A stretch of DNA of 64,000 nucleotides. Origin: Amoebidium appalachense (Eukaryota > Protista > Ichthyosporea). Shown here one piece after another: positions 16,289-41,321 of this stretch. Every line of letters starts with the position of its first letter. The first letter of the stretch is position 1. The position numbers and the translations under genes were made by a program. Where the stretch lies: assembly GCA_963693365.1 (NCBI GenBank), contig CAVNZM010000002.1:1686415-1750414 (forward strand), written 5' to 3'. The notes below the pieces were generated by a model. That model ran no database searches and had not been told where the DNA came from. It saw only the letters and a list, made by a program, of their open reading frames with translations.

Positions 16289-16359
16289 CGTAGAACCACA
16301 ATATCACCCTATCCAATCAATCCCCCCTCGATCCCATCCTTCCTCCCTTCCCCCTCTAG

Positions 16360-16396
<37 letters not shown>

Positions 16397-16594
16397 CCTA
16401 GCGTAGTTATTGATCCCCTTAAACCGCACTTTCACCCGCAGGCTTTCGCAGAGTTTCTCCTTCCAGCCGACCCGGTGTAATCACACCCGTCTGTATTCAA
16501 TTGCAACTTCGAGAGTCTGATGCAGTTTTTGTAGTCAGCTGGACAACCGGGCAAAAACCACCTTATTAAAAATCGTCCATCCTCGGTATCCCCC

Positions 16595-16628
<34 letters not shown>

Positions 16629-17196
16629 AGTGGCACCACCCCCACCCTCTCCGGCCTTTTCCTTCTCCTTTCATAAACACCCACATCACGGCCACCCACA
16701 GGTCCACCACCTAGCCTCCTTCCCTCCCCCCTCTCCCCTCCCCCAAAACCGCTCCCCATCCCACCCCACATCTTGGCCATGATCCCCCCCCCTCTTTCCC
16801 CCCTGGTCTCTCTCTCCAACATCCCCCCTCCCCCCTCCCTCCGCCCTTGGAATTGACATGCGCACACAACCGATTGCATCTAAAGGTTTGTCTCTCTAAC
16901 TCTGGCTAGATTTCCATCACCTCCTTCCTGCCCCCATCACCCCCCCCCCCCCCCCCCCCCCCCCTCTTCCCCCGCAGCACACAAACAGACACTCTCTCTC
17001 CTCCTTTGACCTACATTTTCTGTCCGTCAACTTTTTCTTCTTATCGGACCTGTCACGGTGGTGAAGCACACGTGCACTACCCCCTTCCCCCTCCCCCCCT
17101 CCCCCTTCCCCTCCCCAAAAAAAGTAAAAATAAACTTGAAAATTAAAAACACCCCCAAAAAAGGTAACAGCCCCCCCCCCCCCCCCCCCTTCCCTA

Positions 17197-17229
<33 letters not shown>

Positions 17230-17740
17230 TTCCCCTCCCCCGACCTGCCACCACCACCACCCACAGCCTTTACCCACCCATATGCCATGCCCATTATTAA
17301 CATTAAGATTTATATCGGTATTAATTTTTTGCAGCAATAGGTCGTAGTGACGACATGCAGACCCAATTGTAGTGATTGTGAATTCATGAAGCCGCGGCCG
17401 CCATGGCCCATGTCATTCAGCGCAATGATTGGTTTGCCTATATTATGCATTTCCTTTCTAGGGCGTTTACCATATAAGGTGCCCCATCAAAAACTCACCG
17501 ACAGAATCGGTAATGGCCTCTAGTGCCTGTCAGGGTTTCAGCTTGCAATGACGGTCCCTCATCGTTGACATTCCCTCCCCCCCCCCCCCCCAGATATGCT
17601 CCCCCTCCCCCCTGGCCGGGGCCCACCCTGCCAGCTCCCCCTGCCTCTTCCAGGTCCGGATTCCCTCCCTCCCCTCCCCATGCGTGCGTGCGTGCGTGCG
17701 TGGGTGCATGCGTGCGTGTGTACGTGTTTGTGTGTGCCAC

Positions 17741-17778
<38 letters not shown>

Positions 17779-18200
17779 GGGCCACTCCGTGTCTACGGGT
17801 GATTGAGCCGAAAACACGTCAGAGACAGTCGGCACTGGCAGCCGAGAGTTTCTAAGGTATGTGACGTCACATAGTAGTCTTACCTAGCGATAAAGCGTTC
17901 CTATTGGCTTAAAACGCATCATAAACGATAAACACTTTCAGACTATATGGATCGCCCATTCTACTTGTTGAACGGTTTCAGCTGGTCCATCAGCCACTTT
18001 CAGTTTAGCAAGTTTGGTGTTGATCACGTTATCATTTTAGGGAGCGTATGATAGAGCAAAAAGGAGAGAGTAGGTTTGACGGGAGACCTAAATAAGATGG
18101 TGTTGTGCCCAAAGTAGCGGGAGAGAGCCGAGGGGATCTGCATTGCATACTATATAGCACATCACAGCTTTCAGGAGATCTTTGAGTAGCAACATCTGCT

Positions 18201-30599
<12,399 letters not shown>

Positions 30600-30942
30600 G
30601 CGGGGTAGATGCGTCACTGGGTGGTGCCCCACATCGGCGTGGACATGCTTTCCCATTTTCTTCCCTTTGGTTATTAGAGATCATACATCATATATTTCTT
30701 GTTTTTGGTCCGTGCTTTCATTTTGATTCGCACCAATGACACGACACGTCCATATTGATTTGTTGAATGCCCTCTCGTCTCCGTTCGACGATGAATGGAA
30801 TACACTTCTTTCCATTGTGTGGTTCAACCTTTTTGTGATTGAATTGTATATAGGAATCTTTTGTGTAATGCTATACGTTGTCTCTCTCTCTCTCTACACA
30901 CATGCACACATGCATGCACATGCACATGCACACACGCATGCA

Positions 30943-31029
<87 letters not shown>

Positions 31030-31046
31030 CTCCCCCTCTCTCAAAG

Positions 31047-31090
<44 letters not shown>

Positions 31091-31272
31091 GTCTCCCTCC
31101 CTCTATCTCTCTTCTCTCTCAATATCCTCCCATGCTTCCCCCCCCCCCCCTTCCTCCCTTTTTCTTCTCTCTCAAGAATCCCCCCCCCCCCCCCCCTTCC
31201 TCGCTCTTTCTGTGTGTGTGTGTGGTGTGGGTGTAGGTGTGGGTGTGGGTGTGTGTGTGTGTGCGTGTGTGC

Positions 31273-31355
<83 letters not shown>

Positions 31356-32353
31356 CTTTTGCGTGTTGCTGTTCTTTAAAGAGATGTTTGTAAAGTACAC
31401 TTTCTGAGCTTTTAAATCCCATGAATAAAGGTATTAGCAAGGGCTCTGATACTGCTAAGGAGCCTAATGATTTGGATGGAGGGGCTTAACATAGCTCATG
31501 GGGGAGGGGAAGCGGTTCCTGGAAACCTCGGGGGAGGGGGAGAGGACATAGCATCCACCGTTAGAAATATCATTCTGACTTGAACACAGACACACTCGAT
31601 ACATGTACATACATGTAGAAAACATGTGGTGCGTGCATTAACTTCATGTCAGTTGTACATGTTAGCGAAAATAGAGGGGATCCATTATGTGTCCTAACAC
31701 GCGTGGAAGCAGAAAATCCGACAGCGCTTTGTCCATACACGGTTGCTGTGTGTGCGCGTGTGTGTGACGCTGTGTGTGGGTGTGTGTGCGGGTGTGTGCG
31801 TGTATGTGTGTGTCACAGCATGTGTTTGTGTCACGGTGTGTATGTACAACATGTTTGTGTTGCCACATGTGCGCACTCACCGTGTGTGTGTGTGTGTGTG
31901 TCTGTGTGTGTGTCTGTATGTCTGTGTGTTTATTAGTGTGTGTGTGTATGTGTATGGGCGCGCGCGTGTGCGTCCATGTGTGTGTGTGTGTGTGTGTGTA
32001 TGCGCGCGCGCGTGTGCGTCCATGTGTGTGTGTGTGTGTGTGTCTTGTGTATGTGTGTTGTTGTTTGGCACGTTCCTCACCGTAGGAGCTAGCTAAATCA
32101 ACGTTAGTGGATGAGGAGTCGTACAGTAGCCGTACATTTTAATCATTTGTGGGTATACCAACCAGCGTGTTCCTTTCATTGTTTGTGTGTGTGTGGTTTG
32201 AAGGGCGGGGCGGGGGGGAGGGGGGGGGGGGGGGGGGGGGGGGAGGGTTAACAGCGTGCAGTATCTATGGTCTCCGGGGGTGGGGGCGTGGGGGGCTTCA
32301 CAGAATGCATATCTATCTATGGTCTCCGGGGGGCCCAGGGGGAGAGGGGGGGG

Positions 32354-32393
<40 letters not shown>

Positions 32394-32592
32394 CTTCACA
32401 GCATTCATCATGGCACATCACAGTTTACATAAGTCCCCAAATCCGTGAGACTGGTCTAACGGCTGGTTGCATACCCCGTGACCTACAAAAGGCTTAGGAG
32501 AAAGGATACTATTACGATATTACTTCAAGTTATAATATTAATTAATCGTATTGTTGCATTGGCCTGAAGGTCAAAAGAACAGGGGAAAAAAA

Positions 32593-32640
<48 letters not shown>

Positions 32641-32894
32641 GGAAGAAGAAATTTTTGAAAGAGTGGAGTTGGCTGTTCCCGTCGGACCTGCACCGACCCA
32701 AAAACGGTGGTAAAGGTGACGTGTCGATCGTGAGAACAAAATCCAAGATCACACTTACCTAGTGATACTATGATCATGGGGCCAAAGTCAACACAGGCTG
32801 TACGTGTGTCTAATTTGCACTGTAAGTGACTGAAGACGTTCGATCATGTTCGTTTACGCGTTCCCCACCAGCGAGGCTTGAGTACTAAGTTATC

Positions 32895-32987
32895 AGGCCA
32901 TTGTTTTTAAAACAATGGCCTAATAAGTACTATGGGGTAGCAAGAGAATACGGTAGGCTCCAAAGTACTTTCTTGCTACCCCATAGT
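32895..32987. repeat. Two adjacent perfect inverted repeats (13-bp arms; 17-bp arms), probable MITE remnants
   Basis: AGGCCATTGTTTT/AAAACAATGGCCT at 32895-32921; ACTATGGGGTAGCAAGA (32929-32945) / TCTTGCTACCCCATAGT (32971-32987). Confidence 0.8.
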
Positions 32988-33289
32988 TTGTACTGAGTAG
33001 TCACCGAGGATTGGTAAAAGTTTATATTTGAACATCCTAACAGCCTGTACATCCTATGAGGGTAGCTGATCGCACCAGTAAAACCCTAGTTAATAATAAT
33101 CAGGATACTGTCGGTGCTTAGTATATAAGACAGTGGCTCCCGAGGACCCCTAATATGTGGCTCCTCTACTAAGGGCAAAACGGGATGAAGGAGGGGAAGG
33201 GAAAAAAAAAAAGAAAAAAAAAAAAGCTCGATATGCGAGCTATCTATGGCGTATTAAGTGAGCTGAGCGCTACTACGGTGATTCAATCT

Positions 33290-34145
<856 letters not shown>

Positions 34146-35161
34146 TCGGATTTGCACGTGCCCCGGACCGTCTGGACGTCGGATCGATGCCCCTGTATCA
34201 CATAAAATCTCAAAAGCGTCCTTGATTTTGGGACTAGAGACACCAAATTTTCAGGCATTGACCATGGAAGAAGTAAATAAACAAAAAAAACAAAAAAAAA
34301 GAAAGAAAGAAACCCCCTTAGAACAGGGGGTGGCCTTATATAAAGGGCATTGGAGGAAAGCTTCCAAATTGTGATCATTATTCCATATCAAAACTGGCCC
34401 GATCTGATTGGCTCAATAAATTTCTGGAACCAACACATGTAGCCCATTGGGTAGTCCTATCACTCAAGATAAACGTGAATAAGGGGCCATATACACACCG
34501 GGAAAATCGCTAACTCGGCTGAACTAATAATACTAGTAAGCACTGGGTAGGCCGATAAAAGACCTGTAGAATGAATTATCCCTTATTTCCTTTAGGTAGG
34601 CCTAATAGAAATAACTTTGAACAGTGCTGAGCACTCAGTGAACTCCGACAAGGGAAGAATGCCAAAGGCCAATAACGAAAAGCTCATGCTTGATTGGCTG
34701 TCTCAAGGTGGTTTTCATTGGTTCAAGATATCAGCTGTTGGTAAGTGTAACGCGTACTAATGAAAAAAGCCTTGATAAGCGAATGCTACTATTCATGCTT
34801 AAAACATATTGCTGAATATAATCATATCAATACAACCTTTTGTACTGTAGGAGATGAAGAAAGTGACTTATAAGTATATAGTCATATATATGAGTAGGGT
34901 ACGGAACTACGTAGTGCCAGCGCTAGCACTGATGACTGAACGTGAGGCATACCTCCAGTCCTCCACATCTATCAAAGAATGCAGGGGCACCAGTATATAT
35001 GATTGATGTTTGATGTTATTACGGCAGTTATGGCCCTATATGATGATGCCTATACTGTCAGTTTATTAACGCAGTAAACACCGGGCGCTACAAGCTAATA
35101 GCTATAAAGATTATAAACGCATATAGCATTTTTTCTGGAACCCAACAACAGTATAAGGAGT

Positions 35162-35190
35162 CTGGCCGCTAACGCACGGTCAGCTACTAG
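35162..35190 (+). mobile_element. Helitron-like 3' terminus (hairpin + CTAG|T)
   Basis: Imperfect hairpin CTGGCCG-CTAACGCA-CGGTCAG followed by CTACTAG then T. No Rep/Hel ORF is seen. Confidence 0.35.
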
Positions 35191-35903
35191 TAGTATATTT
35201 TGCATTGCCCGCACGTGCTGCCAGGCTACATGTTTTTGTACTCCTCGGTGCCTTCAAGTGCATGTATACTAACCTGCAGTGATTGGCCAGTTCAGTGTAC
35301 TTATTCTTAGAAAAATAGATGATTGACTAAAGATCAGGTATGCTTTTGACAGACTTTCCACACGCGCGCGCGACCGTGGTGTTACAGATAAATGTATCCC
35401 GGAAAACGTTTTAGGTATGTCCCTCAAAGATCTTAAATTTATCTTCTTTGTCTTATAGGTCAAATGGCATTGTCATTCTGCAATATCTAAATATAACGAT
35501 TTCCTTGCCATTGCAATCCTTAGGTTCTCTGGATACATTTACAAGTTCAAGGCAGCCGCCCCCGAGCGTGTAAACCTATCCCAAAATATTTATACCAAAT
35601 ATTGCACCTAATGTTTCCTAAGAGTATCCCAAAAATACGTTTTGTTCATAGTTTTGTGTCCCAAGATATAAGCGGCTTATCTCAACTGAAGATTCAAATA
35701 TCACGCTCAGTCTCTGCCGCTGACAACGGTCACACTCGCTCAAGCGCAACTTGCCTATCCCATTGTTTTTTTAGAAGATAACTTTTTATTCTGTTGTTAA
35801 GATTATTATATATAAAATAATATTTATGAAACTTTCTGTTTCATCGACTCAAATTTAGGCAGCCTCGGGCCACGGCCGGATCCGGAGGCAGGCAGAATGA
35901 AAC

Positions 35904-35941
<38 letters not shown>

Positions 35942-36168
35942 AAATGGCCATAGGTATACCGCCCACCGTGGATAAGGCCAGGTCGTGCGCGATATGGTTC
36001 GGGGGCGATGCACCATATTTGCAATACCATGAGCACTACGTTTTTTTCGTTTTCGTTCTCAGTATTTCCTATTTTTCCTTTCCTTTTCTTTTTTTTCTTT
36101 GTTTTCATTTCATTTTTTTTCTTTTTCTTCTTCTTCGTTTCTCACTGCAATTGTGCTGTGTATAAGGC

Positions 36169-36199
36169 CCGCCCGGAGGGCCGGGCGGTACAGGTTAGT
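36169..36199 (+). mobile_element. Helitron/Helentron-like terminus (GC hairpin + TACAGGTTAG|T)
   Basis: Perfect 8-bp stem CCGCCCGG-AGGG-CCGGGCGG followed by TACAGGTTAGT. Confidence 0.35.
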
Positions 36200-36529
36200 C
36201 CTACAATTTTTTTTGAGTTCTCCGGAATGTACCGCATGCCGATCAGGCATGGGCCCGACGGCGAACCTGAGGTCTGAAATGACGCCACCACATGCCTTGT
36301 GACAATATTGGATGGCTTTTAAGAGACCTTTCAGTTACTAATGTTTGGACAACGCTGTAACGGACTCCAAGACTTCATACTACTTTATAGCCGAATCCTA
36401 GTGAAAAAAGGCTTGTGTAGCAATGTTGACTGACCCTTCGGCTTCCGGGGAGCGGTTCTCCAATGGAATGTCGAGTACTTCAAAATATTGCCTCGTTGGA
36501 ATGCCCCACGGCCACGAGCTTACCGAAAG

Positions 36530-36710
36530 CTGGCGTTGATTGGCTGTTTTATACCCATTCGTCCCCGCTCATCATTGAGCCAAGGCCTGACGAAAATTAC
36601 CCTAGCTAAAATCTAAAGGTGATTGAATATATATCATATAGATAAGTGACTGGTTGATTTATGATGATTGATTGGCTCTCCATCCCAACATGCTTCTATA
36701 AGTATGACGG
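36530..36710 (+). promoter_or_regulatory. Putative promoter: inverted CCAAT boxes and TATA-like element
   Basis: GATTGGCT at ~36538 and ~36670 and CTATAAGTA at ~36696, upstream of ATG 36924. Confidence 0.35.
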
Positions 36711-36923
36711 GCCATCAACTGTGTCAGCCAGAAAATTCGCACTTCAATATTATTGAAGAGTTCAAAACGCAATTTATTAGAAAGCTTCACGGTGACGGTG
36801 ACATATAGCATTGTCGGTGCTAACTAACTAGCACAGTAGAGCGACACACAAAGCTTGATATTTCACACATCCCAGCATTCGCTCGCATTCAGGATTACTT
36901 ACGTTTTTGGTTTACTAGCCAAC

Positions 36924-37724
36924 ATGTATCCTACGAAGGCTGTCAATGAGCCTCCTTTCCTCCAGGCTGGGGCTGAGATTAGGCCGGGGGACGTTGAGGG
37001 AGCTATGTGTTTTATGGACCAGGCATACGATGCACGCTTTGTGTCTTGGGTGCAAAACACAGACAACATTCTGCTCGTCACATATCACATGCGCAGGATC
37101 TCAAAGGAATATGACACACGCCGCGTGGCACACGGCATCAGATGGGTCACACAGAAGTGGCCGGTGGAGAAGGTCGGTGAGCTCCTTTTGGGCACCACCA
37201 TGTACCAACCCATGGACTACCAGGGTCGGCTCGTTAACGCTGTTACGGCAGACTGGCCCCTTGTTCCAAACACAGTACCGATTTTTGGGCGCTTTCTTCA
37301 GAACCGTAACCCCCTTGAGGTCGCCGCCTTTATGCAGGCCGCAACCGAAGACTGGGATGAGGAGGCCGTATGTGAGCTTATGGCACAGATCTGTGTGCTC
37401 CTGAACTGGAGCGGCGCGTTCTTCCGGGAGGTTGTTGTTCACTTTGTCGTCTTGTGCCGCAGCACACAGAACTTCTCAAAGGCACTGCGCGCTCGCAAGA
37501 TGTGCCTGCTCCTGCACAAACGCTTTGCCACGTCGTTTCCCCTCAGCAACCGTGCGCATAGTCGGCGCAACCCCCAGCCAGTTCCGGCAGAGCAAATGGC
37601 CGAGCAGACGGCACCAGCACCCAGCCAGACAGCCATCAAGGAGGATGTACGGCGCAGATACCAGCATACCTCAGAGAACCTGGCTGGGTTCGACAGCATT
37701 CAGTGTATGGATCTGGACGAATAG
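36924..37724 (+). CDS. Intronless hypothetical alpha-helical protein (266 aa) with periodic Trp-containing helical repeats
   Basis: Clean ORF with ATG in GCCAACATG context and coding-like composition. It has recurring '..W....V.EL' units (RWVTQKWPVEKVGELL; AVTADWP; AATEDWDEEAVCELM). Confidence 0.8.
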   Translation: MYPTKAVNEPPFLQAGAEIRPGDVEGAMCFMDQAYDARFVSWVQNTDNILLVTYHMRRISKEYDTRRVAHGIRWVTQKWPVEKVGELLLGTTMYQPMDYQGRLVNAVTADWPLVPNTVPIFGRFLQNRNPLEVAAFMQAATEDWDEEAVCELMAQICVLLNWSGAFFREVVVHFVVLCRSTQNFSKALRARKMCLLLHKRFATSFPLSNRAHSRRNPQPVPAEQMAEQTAPAPSQTAIKEDVRRRYQHTSENLAGFDSIQCMDLDE

Positions 37725-40313
37725 ATGCTGGCAAGATAACGAAAGTTGAGCCATAAATATACTCGAATGTCTGGGCGATAGATACTGAATATGCACACCC
37801 GAATGCTTAGCTATGTACTCGAATGGTTGTAAGATCTAGCTGCTGAATGCAAGATAAAAGAGTTTTTGAGTCGAATGCAAACTGTGAAAAATGATAAGTT
37901 CCTCCTATTTTGGCCGTGAACCCAAGCCTGCTGGACGGGCGCAAAATGGGGCGGTTTACAATACATGGTTTCCTTGTAAAAGTACTTGTTTCAGTGGACC
38001 CGCTGATCCGTGGTGGTGGTGGTGGTAGTGGTGGTGGCAGATTGTAGGGGCTAGGGGGGGGAGGGGGGGGGTAGATCTAACAGCCTGCTGCGTGTGGGCA
38101 AAGGGTGGCTACTTGCAGGGCACCTTCGTGCCATGATCGTGTGGCGCTCCAACAGATCTAACTTAAAGCTAATAGTGGATGGATCTGTTGATCGGTGTGG
38201 TGGTGGTGGGTGAGGGCGGGAAGGGGTGGGTTGCAAAACGGTGTATTGTTTGGGCGCCCATCAGATCTGGGACAAAGAATGGTTGACACGAAAATACACA
38301 AATGCTGCAGACATCTGTAAGTGACCGTTTTTGCAGGGCACTTGCTCTCTGACTTTATTTCATTTGTGGCAAATACACTATGTACATGTGCAGCTGCGGC
38401 CGACCTGCTGCGCAGCCCAGATGTCAACAGGGACCCAGGGCAGTGGGATATTTGAAAAGTGCACAAGAATAATGCCGCAACGACTCGTCTGCACGTTCAG
38501 GCATACAAACCACACACTGAAATACCAAATATATCGAAAGGTAACCGAAAGGCACTGATTTCCAGCTCCTTTTGTGTAAGTACCGTAGGCCCTGCATGTC
38601 TTAATTGTTATGAGCGGCATATCTGGGGCTGCATCCATATGCTGTTCCACTACCGAACATTATTCGTCCATCTCTCAAGTCTCGAATAGTGTCTGTATCA
38701 GTAACCGTGGTGTGCGTGCTGTGAGATGGCTACTGGCGAAACTGCGGAGCTCCACGGGTGCCTCGCCGTTACAAAGAATCGGCACTACGGCACCTGCGGA
38801 TTGCGGCTCAACATATCATGATGAGTGGCGGTGCTGCACAAATATATGCCGAATGGACGGTTTATGCTGGCATCAGATATTATCAACTGGTAAACAGACA
38901 AAGGGTATATATTGCCATGTTATATAAGTTATTACTTCTGGCTTGACTTCTTGTTTTTATGCTGTTATGGACTGTTCGCGCACCACATGACTCACCAAAA
39001 TAATCCTGATTCCTACCCGGTGAGGATCATGTTACGTAATCCCTTGCAATTGCATTCCCCAGTTGAGTTGCAGTACATTCCTTTCCTTCTATATCGGGAT
39101 TTTCTGATTGGATAATATGATAAATATGGTGCGTGTGTGACCAATCGGATGAGTTTACACGTTAGATTTTTCGAAATAACGGTTCAAGCCACCGAGGCTC
39201 GTCTGAAATCGGTTGCGAATGTGTGAATGAAGTGTATAAGGCGTGGATTTCCCTAGAATTCAAGACGCGAATGCCTTTACTCAGCCCAATACTCATACCC
39301 CATGTACATATTTTGAAGACTGTACAAATCAGACAAATGCAGACAAATACATTGTTATGAGAATGTTATGTCCTTTCTTCTCTGTGTAGCCCGATCGATA
39401 ATCAATTGTTCTTATGATGTGTGTGTTCGGTGTGTTCACGCAGCCTGACCGCGGGTTCTTCATGAATTCCATATCCCCACCATGACCAGCGTCTTGTAAC
39501 TCAATGTTAAAAAGTTTTGATATTTGAAATTGGGGGAGGAGGGCAGTGAGGGCCCGGGGGCCGAGGGGGGGGGGGAGGGGGGGAGGGGGGGGAGGGGGGG
39601 GAGGGGGGGGGGGGGGGGGCAGTAGTAGTATCACATGTACTATCAAAGGAAATTTGACAAATGGTCTCTGGTGGTCCTCCGGACATGCATCGGGGTGCCT
39701 CCCGACCTGCATTGGGGTGCCTGGGAGGGGGGAAGGGGGGGGGGGGAGGGGGGGGGGGGGAGGGGAGAGAGAGAAATGGGGGGGGGGGGAGGGGGGAGAG
39801 GGGAGGCCCTGAGGGGCCCAGGTCCTTGTTAAGAGGGAATTCGAAGGGGGTGGAAGGAGGGGAGAGGGGAGAGGGCCCAAGGCCCCGGAGTGGGGGGGGG
39901 GGGGGGGGGATACGCGTACGAAGGCCTGGGGAGGGAGGGGAGGGGGACGGGGGCTCGATGGGGCGGAGGGGGGGGGGGGGGGGGGTATACCATATCTTCA
40001 CTAATACGTTCAATGAAAACCCTCCAATATAGAGTGTACTGATAGTCTTACATCAGATACCCTTACTTGTGCCACCACCAGGGGGGCTGGGATCCCGGGA
40101 GGGAGGAGCGGGTGACCTACTAATAATAAGGCTTTCAGTAGGGTAAGTGTTCTTCCCCATCCCCCCCCCCCCCCCCCCCCCCCGTCTTCCCCCTTCACTA
40201 AGGAATCCGTACCGGGGTGCCGTGGCCACGGATAGGTCCCTCCCTCCCCCCCCCCCCCCCCCTCCCCCTCCCCCCCCCCAAGGCTTCGAATGCCCCCCTC
40301 GCTCCTCCCCATA

Positions 40314-40419
40314 CCCACCACTAGACAGCGGTACTGAATAAGACCTTAAATAAAAAGGTAAAACAAAAGTGGCGGGTGTGGGGGAGGGGAGAGGAAGGGT
40401 GGCCACGGATAGGTCCCCG

Positions 40420-40453
<34 letters not shown>

Positions 40454-40536
40454 CCTCCCCACCCCCCAAGGCTTCGAATGCCCCCCTCGCTCCTCCCCAT
40501 TAAAGGTCTTATTCAGTACCGCTGTCTAGTGGTGGG
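40314..40536. mobile_element. MITE with perfect 34-bp TIRs and TA target duplication (Tc1/mariner-type signature)
   Basis: CCCACCACTAGACAGCGGTACTGAATAAGACCTT at 40314-40347 with exact reverse complement at 40503-40536; TA at 40312-40313 and 40537-40538. Confidence 0.85.
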
Positions 40537-41280
40537 TACTTGGTCCAGCCCCATGGGACCTATACCTACTTCCAGACTGAGCCCGTTAGACAGACATGGC
40601 AGAACGATCGGACTATACTATTTACACGAGATACGGGGCACCCACCACTCCCCCTCTCATTCTTTTTCTCTTTAGCCCCAACCACCACTGAGTTGAACCA
40701 TTAATCTGAGGTGCTGGTGTTGTGACAGTATGTCAATTATTGATCATCATTTTCGAGTACTCTCGCGCCGCTGCGCGTGGATGATCATACATACTGGGTG
40801 TGTTGTTACGTGCTTGCCTTTCGACTCAAAGTGATCCAAAGGTCTTCAGCCATAGGGTATCCCAGGGAAAAGAATTACCAAATTTGAATGCCATGGGTGG
40901 AGGACAGCTGTATTTATAGTGCTCAGCCAGCACATGCATGCCGGTTTCGACGGACATAACGTCATATGTGCTTATTATGATTGTTGGAAGTTCTTGTTCA
41001 ACCGTGCACTTCTGAATTCGTCGGGCTCAGTTAGGGCCCAAGTGATGAACCTTTTGAGAAGTTTGTACATGCGCCGTCGACATCCTTCCTCCCATCTCCC
41101 CTCCCCTCCCCCCTCCCCTCCTCCCCCGGGGGCCCATTCACAAAATAAGTACCGTTCCTGGGCCTCTTCTCCGGGCACCGTCAAACCCCAAATTGCTGTA
41201 CATGTGTGTGTTCGAATTGCTCCCTATTTGACTCCCCTGAGTCCCTTCCTTTTTCTCCTCCTTGCTCTTCTGCTATGTAC

Positions 41281-41321
<41 letters not shown>

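Noticed and set aside
38700-38950. RNase H-like ETAELHGCL fragment
   Set aside because: Too short, other catalytic motifs are not found, and frames are interrupted
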